Translations under genes and position numbers: made by a program
Shown here: positions 1-15,262 of the stretch, piece after piece
How positions within the stretch are numbered: the first letter of the stretch is position 1
How the letters are laid out: each line of letters opens with the position of its first letter
NCBI GenBank assembly: GCA_951406725.2
Contig: OX597814.1
Location: forward strand, 40,052,001-40,116,000
DNA: 64,000 nucleotides
Origin: Octopus vulgaris
Taxonomy: Eukaryota
Direction of reading: 5' to 3'
Notes under the pieces: generated by a model
What the model was told of the DNA's origin: nothing
The model's database searches: none
The model's input: only the letters and a program-made list of their open reading frames with translations

Positions 1-1442
1 TACCGTAATTTACAAACATAATTCGAATTTGTCAGAACACGCTTAGCAGAAAAATCTTGCGGTGATTAATCACATTTCAATAATTCATAATCTATAAATA
101 TCCATTGTCCTCAGGAAATATGTTGCACATTCATGTTTCAATATCATTTCATTTTCATATATTTACAATCTCTTCTGTTTTGATGGTGTCTGTATAAGTT
201 ACTCCAGTATTTATTCGAGTAGGAGGTGACGTATCAGGATTTTGGCAGGGGTTTCAGTATGTCGACTCTGTTGTGCAACGGTAACCACTGCATATGGTCA
301 AGTTCTGCCGTTTCTCTCTTTCTTTATGTCTCCTGCTATCGATATCGTCCAGTATATACTAATATCTGGAATCAGGCTCAGATGTGTCCAATTCCCAAGA
401 AACCTAACTGCTGAGAAACCGTCAAATTATTCCCTGCGCACTCAAATTGAACGCATTAAAATTGACAGGTTGAATCGCTCTCGCCCTACATGAAGACCAG
501 TATGGCTTTGATAGATTCATTTAACTCGGGGCCTATTGCGCTATGTCACTCACATGAAGAGTTCCAGAGTTTTCGTTATTTCATATTGTTCATCGCAGCA
601 ACAGCAATGATTCAAGCGCATGTCACTCACAAAACTACTGGAAAAACACCGGAATACGCATCGGCATTTCTCGCCCCTTATACTTGTGGTAGCATGTCAG
701 ATAACATTAGCGTCAAGATTGCACATAGAACCCATAAGGATATATTTTGTATCAACGCTATCGTATCGCAAAGCTTTGATTTGTCTTCCCCATTCTCATT
801 TCCATAGATAAAAATGTACTTGCCGTCGGCTTCATCACCTCACACCTGAACTCAAATTACGCCACCAACCCTAATTTTCCTTAACATTACGAATACAAGC
901 GCCTTTCGTTCTTGAGTTGGTATCTCGGCAATGCAGGAGAACCATTCACTGGCACAATGATTAGTGCGTACTTTTTGATCAAATATTCAATAGCGAAAAC
1001 AAAACTAAAACAGCTTGAAATATCATTGCACTCGTATCTATAAACAGAAACAACACATCATTAGATATTCGGTTATCTCTTACTTACTGGGTCAGCCTGT
1101 AACTGGACATCACTTGCAGGGAAATATATATTTATAAAATAGCAACATTTAAGGCAAACAAGCGAAACTTCAATTTAGTGAAATAAAAAACATGAGACAA
1201 AATCTAAGATGGGATAATTTGCAGATAAATCCTAAAATAGAATACTATTGTGTCTGAGGTGATATACTAAACTGCAACCTAGAAAAAGTGTGTGGGGTTG
1301 GGTTTCAAACAATATCACAAGGACACACATACAAAACATCGGACGTACATACACATATACGTATATGTATGTATTACACGTAAATATATGTACATATATG
1401 TATGAAAGTATGCATATATGCATGTGTATATATGTTATACAT

Positions 1443-1551
<109 letters not shown>

Positions 1552-3391
1552 CACATATATATATATATGTATGTATGTATGTATGTATATATAAGGACAA
1601 TCATAGTTTGCAAACTTCATTCAGGAATAGCAAAATCTTATGAAAGTAATAGTTACATATACAAAGATTATTGAACATTATATATAATACTCAACTGCAA
1701 ATTGGCCATATAAATCATGGTTCATATATATTTATTTATTATAATCATGAGATGAGAATAGAGAGAGGAAATTATTAAATTATCATTCATTAATTTTAAA
1801 AAATTGACAAACATCCCTTGCAGCTTTTTAAATTTTGTCCCTCAGAAGATTAATCGAATTATAAATTATTTGAAAGTCGAATCTCTTTAGAGGTAAATAA
1901 ATATATTCAAATTTGGTTTTCAATTCCTGCATGTTGAATAAACGCTGTAAACCGTTAACTGATAACATTTATACATAAAGAATATAGAATAAAAATGGTA
2001 GAGTCTATATAAGGGGAGTAAGGTTGTGTATAATGGAGGTGTAAAACAATATATTTAATTTGAGTGTTAAGTATAAGGAAGCTCAATTTGCCATAATTAA
2101 TAAATACATCATATTTTGCTATTAATTCAAATTTCTATACTTACTAATATTTAATTAAGGTGGACGACATTCAGGCAATGTATTATTTATTATAAATATC
2201 GAAATAGATAAAAGACGAATAAGAACATTAACTTAATGTGAGGGCGCTTAAAAAATATAAATATAAATAAATAGAAACATGAATAAAGTAAAATAAATAA
2301 ATCAAAGCAGATAGAGGAAAAGGTGAAAATAGATATGGACAGGAAGAGAAATAAATGAATACACAATTTAAAATTATTACCTTTCAGTCCTTAAAAATTT
2401 ATTGTTTTCCTAGCCTAATCAATTTAAATATTTCAAATATGCAGCGTTTGTATAGTGAGAAACCGGATGTACATATGTTAAGTTACTAAGTAACGGAGAT
2501 ATGGTATTTAACATGAATAAATAAATAAAAGCAAAAATAGGAATTAAAAGCAATAAAAAAATTCTAGTAAAAGTGATAAGTGCTTAAATATGGGTCAAAG
2601 CATCAAGTTAAATTAAAATTTATAAATAAAAATATTTAAATAGTTCAATACATAGTTTAAAAAAAAAAGCATCAAAACCGGAAGTAGGTATTCATATAGA
2701 AGGGAATGGGTAAAAAAATCTAGGAATGATTGAATTTGGCGGCATACCAAAGCGAAAAAAGGTAGAACTAAATAATTGTTCTTCACAGTAAGTTAGGGCA
2801 TAGTCACAGGTTTGGTTCATATAGTAGAAGTAATTTGATTTAGAGGAGTAGAGCTTATCAAAAACTAAAAACTAACTACATTAGAGACATACACACGAAC
2901 CGGGGAATGCAAATATTCATGTAAATAGATAAAAAGAACTATAAAACATTTTATACACATTAGATAGACATGCGTTTAAAGAGAGAGAGGGGGATATACG
3001 TAAATTAGGAAAGTTATTATTTTGCTGATTTGGAGTTGAGTAAAAGTACACTGTAATTATATTTTGTATATGTATAAAAGAGAAAGGACCTAATTTATAA
3101 AATCAATGGAACACAAATAGCCAAGAGGAGGTAATTAATAATAAATTGAGCAAAACAAACAAATATATTGGGCTCGATGAAAAATGTGCATATAATATAT
3201 TTTTAGAGAGGTGTGCAAGTTATGAAGTAAAAAATAATATGTTAAAGAATAAGTTAAGTGGATTTATCACTAAAATATTAAAACGTTCTACCAAAAATAG
3301 GAAGAAAAAACAAGATATATTATGAATAAAATACTGGAAAATTAGAGAAGTTAACGTTTAATTTAATGGTAGGTAGGAATAAGATAAACTG

Positions 3392-3430
<39 letters not shown>

Positions 3431-4026
3431 ATAGATAGATAGATTGATTGATTGAGATAGGACTAAATATAGTTTAAAGTCAGAAAATAATAAAATGGTT
3501 AGTTGTAAGACGAATCCACGTTGTAATTAATAAATATAATAATAGAACAATAAAGTGAATGTGGTAGGAAATGGATGTTAGGTGTACAGTAAACATAGCA
3601 AGCGTACAAAATAAATATTGAGTTTATAATAATATAGAGATTATTAAATTAATAAGCCCAGCATTACGTATAAGAGAGGGTAACATATAAATACTTTTAT
3701 AGTTAAATATATATACATGGTAGGTAATAAATATAATATAATCTGAGAATTATAAAGGGTTAAAAAGAGTAAAACAGAGAGTAAGGGGATAAGAAGCTTT
3801 TCAACAATTTTTTTAATTTAAACATGCATATAGGCAACAAGAAAGAGAAATAAGTATAACTTATGTTACTAAAAATACTATATACTAGTATTAGAATTAA
3901 AATTGAAATATGGACATGTATATCGGGAAGACATTGCTTTTGTCTCCGAACAGGTTAAAACATAAATGCAGAAATAGAGGAGTCTATATGGATGCATTTA
4001 ATATCTATATCTATATCTTATCTATA

Positions 4027-4107
<81 letters not shown>

Positions 4108-4113
4108 TATCTA

Positions 4114-4187
<74 letters not shown>

Positions 4188-4334
4188 TGTATTAAATAAA
4201 TATAAATATTGGAACCTTTCAGGTGGGTTTACCATAAAGTAGTAAGGGAAATGGATGAGTGAGTCATTATATAATTTAAACATGCACGGTAGTAATAGGA
4301 ATAAAAATAGCGATATAATATTTTATTCATATTT

Positions 4335-5345
4335 AGAAAATACAAATTTAGTTTTATGAATACAAGAAACGTTGCACTAATCCCTGAGGTTAAGAATATG
4401 GTCTTTAGTAGGGAGAATAAAAATCTTTTCATTTAAGCAGAAAATATATTTTTTCATATAAATTTGTCTGCAAGGTGTCGATGCAAATATTTCCCATTTC
4501 AGAACGTACTCTATATTCCTATCTTTTAACACCCACATAAATTTACTCAGTCCTGTTGAATTAGATTTATTATTACTTCTGAAAGTATAGAGATGCGTGA
4601 CAACTCGCTTTTTCATTTCATGTCACGGCGAACCTATATAAGAATGTTTCACTCCCTGTACCTTTACCGTATATTGGTATATTACACTTTCATGTGAACC
4701 TGCTTTCTTAAATAAGCAATTACTTTTAATCGTACAATCACAATTTTATATATATATATTGTCAATATTATAAACGCTTGGTAGATGGACCCTATAGTGA
4801 GTACTGGTATTATTATGGTATGATGGCTAATTGCAGACGACGTTTGAACTACTACTTTTATTATTATTATTATTCCTATCAGATTTACTTCTATTGAAGT
4901 AGAATATGTCTAACATCCTACTGCTAATAGATCTAATAGTTGTAAGGACATAGGTTAAACTATATCCAATATTAATAGCTTTTTGTGTTGATAATTTCAT
5001 GATATCTATTCCTATTAATAAAATGCTTCTTAATAATTGGGAAAATTGATTTTATCAAGTTACTTTTAATTTGCATTGCAAAAGGCAAATTCAACAATAT
5101 TTTGTTATCAGATAATTCATTATATCCATTAACATTTGGGGCCTTGTTACCTGCTATATATTTATTAGATATATATTTATCTTTATTTTTGCTATATTGA
5201 TTTACACCTTTATTTTTATTTCTATTAAATATTTCACTTTTTTGTCAGAGTTTAGGTTTGGTATTAGCATTAATGTCATTATGTATATTTGTTTTTATGC
5301 CAAGTATATTTCTATTTATGCCATTGTTATATATACTACAACAAT

Positions 5346-5414
<69 letters not shown>

Positions 5415-5715
5415 CGCTACTGCTGCTGCAGCTGCATTTGTTACTATGATAATCCGTAATATCTATGTGTAGAATATATATCATTTTGTCAAGATAGCCA
5501 TCATTAGCTAATGCTATATTGTACTGGTCTTTATGCTTATTAAGTATTCTTCATTAGAAGATAAGTAAGAAATTCTTCTGCTAATATCTTTCATTGATGC
5601 CTTTTTAATTAAAGCTGGATGATTACTTTGAGAGTGTATGTACTGAATATTTGAGTTAAATTCTTTGAATGGCTCATGTAAAATTAGCATCTGAGAAATT
5701 AGTAGAGATATATTT
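4335..5715 (-). mobile_element. Degenerate Penelope-like element (Naiad-like), RT thumb plus GIY-YIG endonuclease
   Basis: Minus translation gives IQYIHSQSNHPALIKK..ISRRISYLSSNEE, NLPFAMQIKSNL..IIKKHF, CDCTIKSNCL..ESVIYQYTV..SYIGS, KKRVVTHLYTF..NSTGLSKFMWVLKDRNIEYVLKWEI and CLNEKIFIL. Contains stops and frameshifts and is interrupted by an (ACT)n tract. Confidence 0.85.
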
Positions 5716-5766
5716 TCTCTTTATAGTAATACTAAGTTATATAAACGCATATACATACACAAACAC

Positions 5767-5813
<47 letters not shown>

Positions 5814-5877
5814 ACTTCAAGGAAAGCCATTACAAGGTTCGGTATCACTGGGGGCAGCTCGGGTTCCCATCGCAATT

Positions 5878-5926
<49 letters not shown>

Positions 5927-5930
5927 TAAA

Positions 5931-5963
<33 letters not shown>

Positions 5964-5980
5964 TTATTTATTTGCATATT

Positions 5981-6030
5981 CAGTAGTAACTTGGTTTTCG
6001 CACACCACTGTTTACGAATAAATCGTGCTT

Positions 6031-6081
<51 letters not shown>

Positions 6082-6128
6082 CACGATCTATACGTCATCA
6101 AGGGCGTTCATAAAACGAGGTACTACTG
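5981..6128. mobile_element. pogo/Tigger-like MITE with (TA)n interior, copy 1
   Basis: About 50-bp imperfect inverted arms (5981-6030; 6078-6128) with CAGTAGTA(A/C)CT termini and TA after the right end. A second copy lies at 30701-31537. Confidence 0.65.
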
Positions 6129-6340
6129 TATTAAATGAATATGAGAAAGTCAGGAGATAAAGTACGATGTATTCGTGATTAAAGTAGTTCGAAAACCGTG
6201 GTTCTATTTTATATATGTGTGTGTGTGTTTGTTCGCGCGCGCGTGTCGTGTGTGTTTGTTCGCGCGCGCGTGTCGTGTGTGCATGTGTGTGCTCTGCGCG
6301 TGCGCGTATATAATATATATACATAGATACACACACACAC

Positions 6341-6378
<38 letters not shown>

Positions 6379-6659
6379 GCGCGTGTGTGTTTATGTATTA
6401 GAAAAATGTGATAGGAAAACCAAATCTATGAGAAGTTTTTAGGGCACTTATAAGTAAAATGATATATATACATACTTTTACAACTCTTTCTGGGATATTA
6501 TGGAAATAGCTTCATTAGAGACCTTGTGAGATGTTTAAATAAAGGTAAATATATGAGTTCGAAATAAGGAATTTTATGGAAAATGAGAAGATAGTGAAGG
6601 TAGAGGGAAATGAAAAAATTAAAGTAGAAATAAAATATTAAATATTGTACTTGGCGTAA

Positions 6660-6830
6660 CTTTACTCGAGTAAAATGGTATATAGAAGTGGAAGAACATT
6701 TTCCTGTACATGGTAAGTTCCAATAGTAATACTTATGTCAAAGTATGGAGCCGTGGATCCTTCGTTGCTCAATCGATGGGGTTTGTTGTGTGAAAGACAA
6801 TCTGAGAATGTATCGGTAGCATTTGTGGAT
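6660..6830 (-). mobile_element. Probable RT-core fragment of the same Penelope-like element
   Basis: YFDISITIGTYHVQENVLPLLYTIL resembles the PLE RT segment FDVTMGSYDGAExCELVGLYIL. Same strand and upstream of the thumb region. Confidence 0.45.
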
Positions 6831-7269
6831 AGAAAGGTGAGAGAGATGTATATGATTAGCATGAGTAGATAGGTCAAATGAAGATATGAAAAGAAAATGA
6901 GAGGAAGAGTGAAAGTAAGAAAAACGACTAAAATAATAAAATAAAATAAACATTGATCGATCAATAGACAGATAGATAGAGAGAGAGATACACCCAAACA
7001 CACACACACACGTTTATGATGCATAAAGTTATTCTTAGAGTCATATTTTATTGACGCGGAGATATGTTAAACAAATAAAACACCTTTAAAATTTACTTTC
7101 AGGATAAATTTTATTTCAGGAAATGGTAGACTTTCATTGAGCAAAATATTTTTATGCAATCTATTTTATGTTAATATAAGATACATAAGAATTCATAATA
7201 TCATCTACATTTGAAGCTTTGAGAGTATTCAAAAATTGAAAATATTAAGTTATATTACAATTATATTGC

Positions 7270-7520
7270 CCTGCTTCATTTTCGTCCATTAATATATAAC
7301 GCAACAACCCTGGCCAAGTACATACTAGTCGATGAAAAAATGTGCCACCGAGTACAGCATAAATTGGAAGATTCTAGAAAAGTAAAGTGCAAGTTATGCC
7401 TAGCTGAGAAAAGACCGATTTTAAAGAGTACACATCATCGATGTACTTACCTGGATAGCAGAAGCATAATTCTTAATCCTTGATACCACATGAAAAGAAA
7501 TACATCCTATCGTAACTGTG
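7270..7520 (+). mobile_element. Penelope-like element GIY-YIG C-terminal fragment
   Basis: NATTLAKYI..EYSINWKILEK..KCKLCLAEKRPIL..YLDSRS, assembled across frameshifts. Confidence 0.7.
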
Positions 7521-8459
7521 TGTCCCAACATGACAATGATCCCCATTCTCCCAACTTCGGCGATCCATCAACACCTGGGTGTTTGGCAAAGTGTTTGACC
7601 AGAACAGACAATTTCGCATCGTCAAACAAATACACACACACCGGCACGGTGTCTCATACTCAACATACTTTTTCCTCCACCGCTATTATAAGCTCCCACA
7701 CATATTGTACCTCTACACATACTGCATGACCATGTATGATCATATAAAGTCTCATCGAATTTAAGCAATACGTTAAAAGAAGGAATTTCACTAACGGACG
7801 CGGATATGTATGCCCACCCAAACGCAAAGGTTATATATGTAGTGTCACTACAACATGTAAATGCAGACACTACAAACATTCCAGTCCCACAAGAATACCA
7901 ACCTTAAAGACATGTTTTCCACAAGATCTTTTCCACAAAACTCATGCCGACTTGCAACAAAAATAACTCCAGTGAAGATGTTTTCATGCCAATGGGCATA
8001 ACTGCTAACTCAATCACCCTGCAGGATTCGTTTCATTATCTTCTTCACAGCAACCACAAACCGGATGTGTCTATTCACCTCCAACAATAGAGAGTGATCA
8101 CCATATTTCATTCCATAACAGTTGCCTCTGATGATCGCAGGGTTATATAATCTGATTGTTACCCATCATTGCGTTGAACACCTCGTGCGAAACCGTTTGG
8201 TACTGTCAAGATTGATTTATACACATAGAAACGCGCGCACACACACGCACATACACACAAACACACACACACATACTCACACACACACACACACACACAT
8301 ATATATACGCACAAATACATGATCGAATATACATAGATTTTCACTAGGCTTTCGAACTAATCCACAATGACTATGACACCACACTGCTTGGTAAATACAT
8401 TTGTTGCCTATTTGTAGGATGAAAAATGCACCCACCTACACACACATATAGATACACAA

Positions 8460-8502
<43 letters not shown>

Positions 8503-8520
8503 TTTATGCATGTTGCTTGC

Positions 8521-8584
<64 letters not shown>

Positions 8585-8615
8585 AGATAGATAGATAGAT
8601 AGATACAAATATGTG

Positions 8616-8649
<34 letters not shown>

Positions 8650-9984
8650 GTTTGTATATATGTATATATCTTTATACATCTATGCACACGTGCATCTACA
8701 TGTGTAGCTCGGTTCATACATGTGCATGAGGTGTATATTATCTATAGATTTTCGTTTACAAATTACATCATAACATTAAAAGTAGGGATAAACATTTTGA
8801 CATCAATTTGGACTTAATAGATATTAATAGTTGTCCCCCAAAATGTTACAATTTATAACTTGGAACGGGAAACATATTCTATAATGTGTATAAATTGAAT
8901 TATGAAATATAAAAGAGATACAGAAAGACCTGCAAAACGGAAACAATAACGAATAAAAAATGGCGGTTAGATTAAAGGGAAGAGATAGTTTTCGATTTCT
9001 TCCATCAACAATTAAATTTCACACTGGAATAGTTATGTTTAATGTAATTCTAATTTGCACTTAGGCACTTTTCATCTTTTGCAAAAACAAATAATATTGA
9101 GAATTCATATGACAGAATATCATTTTAATGTACTCTTGTGTAAAATTATCTCTTCGACAGTTTATAATGTGATATATTTTATACAATATATTTAATTTTA
9201 GTTGTTCATGATACCCTTGAGGAAATTTTAATTATTATTTGTTCAATGTGTATAGCAGATAATATAATTGTCTGTTAATTTCGTAGCATCTCTGTCATAA
9301 GTGCATGGAAGTAATATTCCTTGCCGTATTACATTTCACACTAAAACATTAATGCAGAAGCAGTCAGATAATCTTCATCACCAGTTGTAACACTAAAGCC
9401 CTTATCCACACAAACCTTTCAAGTATTCAGCATTTTTATAGCGTTTCTAGTGTATTCAAACAGGCAATGGAAAAGTGCCACTCAGACTAGACAAAATAAG
9501 AGAAAACTTATTCATTTTGAAGTAATTAACTAGAGCATTTCATTACGTTCACATAAAGAACGCGAGATATTGTAATATTCCAATCGTGTTTGAACAAGTA
9601 CTGTGCATTTTGTAGGAGGAGCTTGGAATCCTATTTATGACATGGGGGTTAGTCAATGACGTCGAATCTGGAATTTCACTAGTAAAATGGTTATATTCAG
9701 ACCGATGGGATACATTGGAATATATGGTTCGGAGCGACACTCTAGTGTACTATGTCATGAACTTTTGACTTCTGTACTATACAATGCAAGTAAAGCCCCC
9801 ACTTAAACAAAGAAGAGGAGGTATGGGGATTACAATAAAACGATGAGTTATTCGACTAACTAAAGGTTCAGGTGTTTGTAGCCAGAACGACAAAACTATA
9901 TAGAAGGAAAACAAAGGTATAACACCGAAAATTACAAAAATATACATACATACATCCAGTCATACATACAACACATACATATAA

Positions 9985-10096
<112 letters not shown>

Positions 10097-10231
10097 CCTT
10101 CCCTATTGAGGATAAGCACGCACGATACACACAATCTCACACGTTCACGTACGCATGCGCTTATTTGTATATGTGCATTGATATGTGTGTGTATGTGAGT
10201 ATTTTCGGCTGTTTATATAATGTGTTACATG

Positions 10232-10282
<51 letters not shown>

Positions 10283-10730
10283 CACATACATACACATACA
10301 TATATACATATACGAATAACATTATTCGTATGTTGCTTGTATAGTCAATACATATATTTAGATCAACTCAATTACACCACTGTCTTAGTAGCAGTTTTCC
10401 CTCGAGAATAATTTAACACTTTATCCAATATATTCTAAATAAAAATATAACACTTTTAAAAAAAATATATTCTGAACAATATTTGAACCACGTCATCAAC
10501 ATAAAATGAATTTGACTAACTATGTCTTCCGTCGAATTAATTTAATTTTCCAATGGTGTATGTAGCATAGCAACAAATTAAATGCTTATTAAAAATATAT
10601 CGAACAATCACTCATACGCACACTTATACATAAGCCAACACACATACATATGCATGTATATATGTATATATATGTTTATATATATATATATATACATACA
10701 TATTTATTTATATGCACACACACACACATA

Positions 10731-10803
<73 letters not shown>

Positions 10804-10810
10804 ATATATA

Positions 10811-11100
10811 ATTGCAGCGTGGAAGGTGTTTATAAGCCATTTAAGAAACACACACAACTGTTACATTCACTTCAACATTTAAATATAATTTGTCAAAATT
10901 ATATTCGTCGTTTTGAGACCGCGACCTGTTCACTGTCAAAGCTTCGTGCTGCATCTTTTTCAGTGAACAAGTCGCGGTCTCAAACCGAGGAAAATATTTG
11001 AACAAATTAAATTTAAATGTTGAGGTGAATCTAACGGTTTTGTCCGTTTCTTAAATGGCTTACAAACACCTTCCACACTACAATTGTTTTCGTTCCAGCA
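10811..11100. mobile_element. About 280-bp palindromic non-autonomous element with hammerhead-like arms, copy 1
   Basis: Nearly the whole span is an imperfect inverted repeat (attgcagcgtggaaggtgtttataagccatttaag ... cttaaatggcttacaaacaccttccacactacaat). One end abuts (TA)n and the other carries a ttttcgttccagca tail. An inverted copy lies at 38519-38814. Confidence 0.85.
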
Positions 11101-11145
11101 TTCTATCTCAGATCAAGTCACTCGGTATGCAAGTACATCTCCCTA

Positions 11146-11185
<40 letters not shown>

Positions 11186-11189
11186 CATA

Positions 11190-11260
11190 TAAAATCGACT
11201 TAATCCGTTTGTCTGTCCTTGTTTGTCCCCTCTGTGTTTAGTCCCTTGTGGCTAGTAAAG

Positions 11261-11262
<2 letters not shown>
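11190..11262 (+). mobile_element. SINE family B, 3' tail fragment
   Basis: Reverse complement of the tail seen at 16561 and 44856 (gtttgtcccctctgtgtttag..gtaaagaaat). Confidence 0.75.
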
Positions 11263-11305
<43 letters not shown>

Positions 11306-11308
<3 letters not shown>

Positions 11309-11612
11309 AGGTGCAATGACCCTGTGGTTAGGGCAGCGGACTCCCGGTTGTAGGATCGCGGTTTCGATTCCCAAACCGGGCGTTGTGAGTGTTTATTGAG
11401 CGAAAACACCTAAAGCTCCACGAGGCTCCGGCAGGGGGTGGTGGTGATCCCTGCTGTACTCTTTCGCCACAACTTTCTCTCACTCTTTCTTCTGTTGGCC
11501 TGCTCGCTTATGTAGCGGGGTGGCGTCATTTGAAGGCTATAACAATGCGAAACGCATTGTGACTAGCGATGTGGAGCAACATCTGATAGCCCGGTCGATC
11601 CCGGTGATCACG

Positions 11613-11616
<4 letters not shown>
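11306..11616 (+). mobile_element. tRNA-derived SINE (family D)
   Basis: A-box-like tgaccctgtggttag and B-box-like gtttcgattccc head; tail with repeated cggtgat; flanked by (TA)n. An older element with a similar tail lies at about 42165-42470. Confidence 0.8.
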
Positions 11617-11656
<40 letters not shown>

Positions 11657-12389
11657 GTTTGATCAATAAAACAGAATGTAATACAGTCCTCCCTTCGTGA
11701 TATGTTGTGTTTCCCCATCCAGTTGCCCTTGGAACATTCAATGCCAAAATTTTGCAAATCGCCACAACGTTGAAACGTATGTTGGTTACAAATAACATAA
11801 ACTTTTGTAATCAAAGTGTTTTCACATTCATATATATATATATATGTATATGTAAATATACACATATGCACGTGCATACACACAGTCATGCACCCACATA
11901 ATGTACAGTTTATGTTTTCTGAAAGTGAAAAAGCTAGAAATTTTGAAAATTATCTCATATATGATCTGCTGAAATCTTGTTAAAGATTTCAATTCTCATA
12001 TTTAGATATATTATATTATCAATGTCAAACTATGTTTTATACGATAAGAAAGCGTGAAATAAAATGTAAAAGCAATACAGGGGAAGAGAAATTGAAAATA
12101 GAAATTATGTGCAATAAACAATGAAACATATCTCAAAACTAATATTTAAATATAGAGAATAAATTACTTTGATTAGTTTAAACAGTGTTGAGCGTTTCTC
12201 TCTGCATGTATATTTCTGCATGAATTTGTACAACTATCAAAGGATATTTGTCGATACTAAAGAGCTACATTAATGCATAATCATTACTTGTTACGTTTCT
12301 TTTCTTTGAACCAATATGATTTAATTTTGGCATTACAATAACAAACAGTCTACTATGTTCAACTAAGTTTTTATTTTTTTATTATTTTA

Positions 12390-12741
12390 TTTGTTTCTGT
12401 CATTTGTCTTCGGCCATGCTAGAACTCTCCATTAGTCGAGAAAAAATCGACTCCATGGCTTATTCTATTGGTCTTTCGCCAAACCGCTAAGTTACGGGCA
12501 CATAAACACACCAGCATCGGTTGTCGAGCGATATTGAAGGTCAAACACAAACACACAAAACACACACTTGCACACGCACAAACACATATACGACAGGCGT
12601 CTTTCAGTTTCTGTCTACCAAATCCACTCAGAACTTTGGTCGGCCCCTGGCTACAGTAGAAGACACTTGCCCAAGGTGCCGCGCTGTAGGACTGAACCTG
12701 TGTGGTCAGTAAGCTACTTACCACACAGTCACTCTTGCGCC
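12390..12741 (-). mobile_element. tRNA-derived SINE family A
   Basis: Similar along its length to the copy at 42506-42881. Confidence 0.85.
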
Positions 12742-13239
12742 TATGCAAATATCAATGCGAAATTTAAGTTTTAAACATGTATATAGACGAGATGAATTCG
12801 TTATAAAATGTCGAGCTAAATTCGTCACAAAAATTGACTTTTCAACGCTGCAATTATAAAACTTATATAAAAAACTTTGCAATTTACCAAAAGAAATATT
12901 GTAAAATATTTGTCAATAACTTCAACATAACTTTTATTCGGTGATTAATGAATGTAAATATCCTATATATTCAGTGGAACTTTATTTGTAATTTGAAAGA
13001 CTGGTTAGATATTAAACAAGTGTCGTGTTACGAACCTAAATCTATAATGCCGGCATCTTGATTTACATTATTACAGTCCAATCTTACAATATATAGCAAA
13101 ACTCGTGATCCTTCAAATTTCAATTGACATAAGAAAATATACATGTATAAGCATAAAACTGATCAAAACATAACACTTAATTTTGAAAGATATGAACAAA
13201 AATCGACTACGATGTGTACTTTTAGTTATTAGCAATCCT

Positions 13240-15135
13240 AAGTTAGACGATCCTGTGTAGATTAAGTTAAGTTGAAGCGGATATAGATTTTTTAAAGAGC
13301 TACAAGAATAAAATGGACACTAGACAGAAGTCCCTAGGTCACGATGCACGTTAGACTTACATGCCACACGTCGAGAATGTGAAGCCAATTTAGAAGACAG
13401 ATCAGGACCAATTGCATTACAAATACCGCGTTGAATGTGGTCCAACAGAGTTAAATGATCCACAAGAGCCACTGCCCCTATGTGACAACAGTACTCAATG
13501 CAGAGGCGAATGGTGGAATTTTAGAGATAAATAATAGACTCAGAAGTGAAATAACTTCATGAACGAAGAAGTGTGCCTGCTTTCATTGCATCTGATTTGG
13601 CAATATATTCAATGTAAGTCCTCCAAGAAAAATCATTACAGAAAGTCACTTTTAGGAGACGAAATGAACGACTCTCATTTAAGTCAATGTCATCCATCGA
13701 AATCGATGGCAAGAAAGGATGTTTGGGTGATTAATTGAAAGAAGTTTAGTTTTCAATGAATTGAACGTTACAAGACATTTCCTACTCCACTCAACAACAG
13801 ATCGAAGATCATACTCTAGGTTAGAAGCGATCTCAACCTTATCAGACAAGTCGTCAGATTTATCCAAGCATGAGTACAAAGTAGAGTGATCAGCATAGAT
13901 TACTAGCTCACAGATGATAGGATCTGATAGATCATTGATAAAAAGAAGAAAAAGTTGAGCCCAGGGCAGATCTTTGAGTAATCCCAGCATTAACAGTATA
14001 ACTAGATGAAGATTAACTATCAAGAACAACATTGATACTACGGTCATAAATAAAAGAGATGATGTTCAACATGAAACCTCACACACCAAAGGAATGCAGC
14101 TTCCTTAGAAGTCCAGCAAGCCACCCCTATCAAATGTCTTAGAGAGATCAAAAGTAACTACCCCAGATTGTCAACATATATACATGGCATGAGAAACACG
14201 CTCGGATATAACAGTGAGAAGATCAGCAGTAGACTTACCGGCACGGAAACCATGTTGAAAGTCGGAGAATAAACGATTTGCGTTAAGATATTTTACAAGA
14301 GAGTCATTAATTAATGACTCAAAACCCTTTCTAATGATTGATAGTAGAGCAATTGGACTATAATTACAAGGATTAGATCGATAAGTACAGTTCTTGAAGA
14401 GAGGAACAGCTGTCGAGAATTTCTATAAATGTGGAAAAAAGACTCTGTGATACACTTTCGGAAGAGCCTAGATAAGACAGAATGCACCACAGGAGAGCAC
14501 TTCTGAAGAACAGTGAAATGTCATCAGATTCAGTTGCTTTACATGGATCAAACAGTGCCACAATGGCTGCAAAATTTGCAGAAGTAATATGACAACTGTG
14601 TAATAATTTATCACTTTTGAGAAAAAGATCAGGAAGTGGATGACCCGAGTCATCGAGAATATAGTGACAACTAAACAGCTGAGCAAAGAGCTCTGCTTTA
14701 TCATTAGATGTTGTAAAGACCTCAGGTCAGTTGATTAAAGGAGGAATAGAAACTTATTGTTACCTCTAACACTTCCAATAATTCTCCAAAAGTCACGGAA
14801 GCCTACATTCTACGATTATATACAACCATGGATGTGCTGCTTGTAGTCTGATTTAGCATCACGTATGATAGCCCTTCAGTGATTGCGAACATTGGTGAAA
14901 TGCTGTTTATTCACTCCAAAATTATCTCACTGAAATCAGTGGAAAAAAATGATTACGATGGGTGATAGAAGCAGCACGAGCAGGAGAAAACCATGGTGAG
15001 GAATGTGGTTTCCGCCGGTATAGGCGAGTTGGTATGCAGCTCATAATACCAATGGAAATCCAAGTGGTAACTACCCCAGCATAGGCCCCAGCAGGTTTAG
15101 CAAAAATCTGTTTGTAGCAATTGTAAAGAATAAGG
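13240..15135 (-). mobile_element. Decayed CR1/Jockey-group LINE, RT region with deletions
   Basis: [14 protein letters not shown]; NYSPIALLSII..FESLIN..FSDFQHGFRAGKSTADLL; FLLFINDL..IYADHSTLY..DLRSVVEW..VTFNSLKTK. Confidence 0.9.
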
Positions 15136-15144
15136 TGTATATAA

Positions 15145-15262
<118 letters not shown>

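Noticed and set aside
180-960. GC-richer stretch with short ORFs; minus-strand HMQWLPLHNRV resembles a LINE C-terminal motif
   Set aside because: Single short motif, no supporting RT motifs, stops in all frames.
9615-9768. AG followed by a 50-codon open frame (EELGILFMTW...)
   Set aside because: No donor or homology support; expected by chance.
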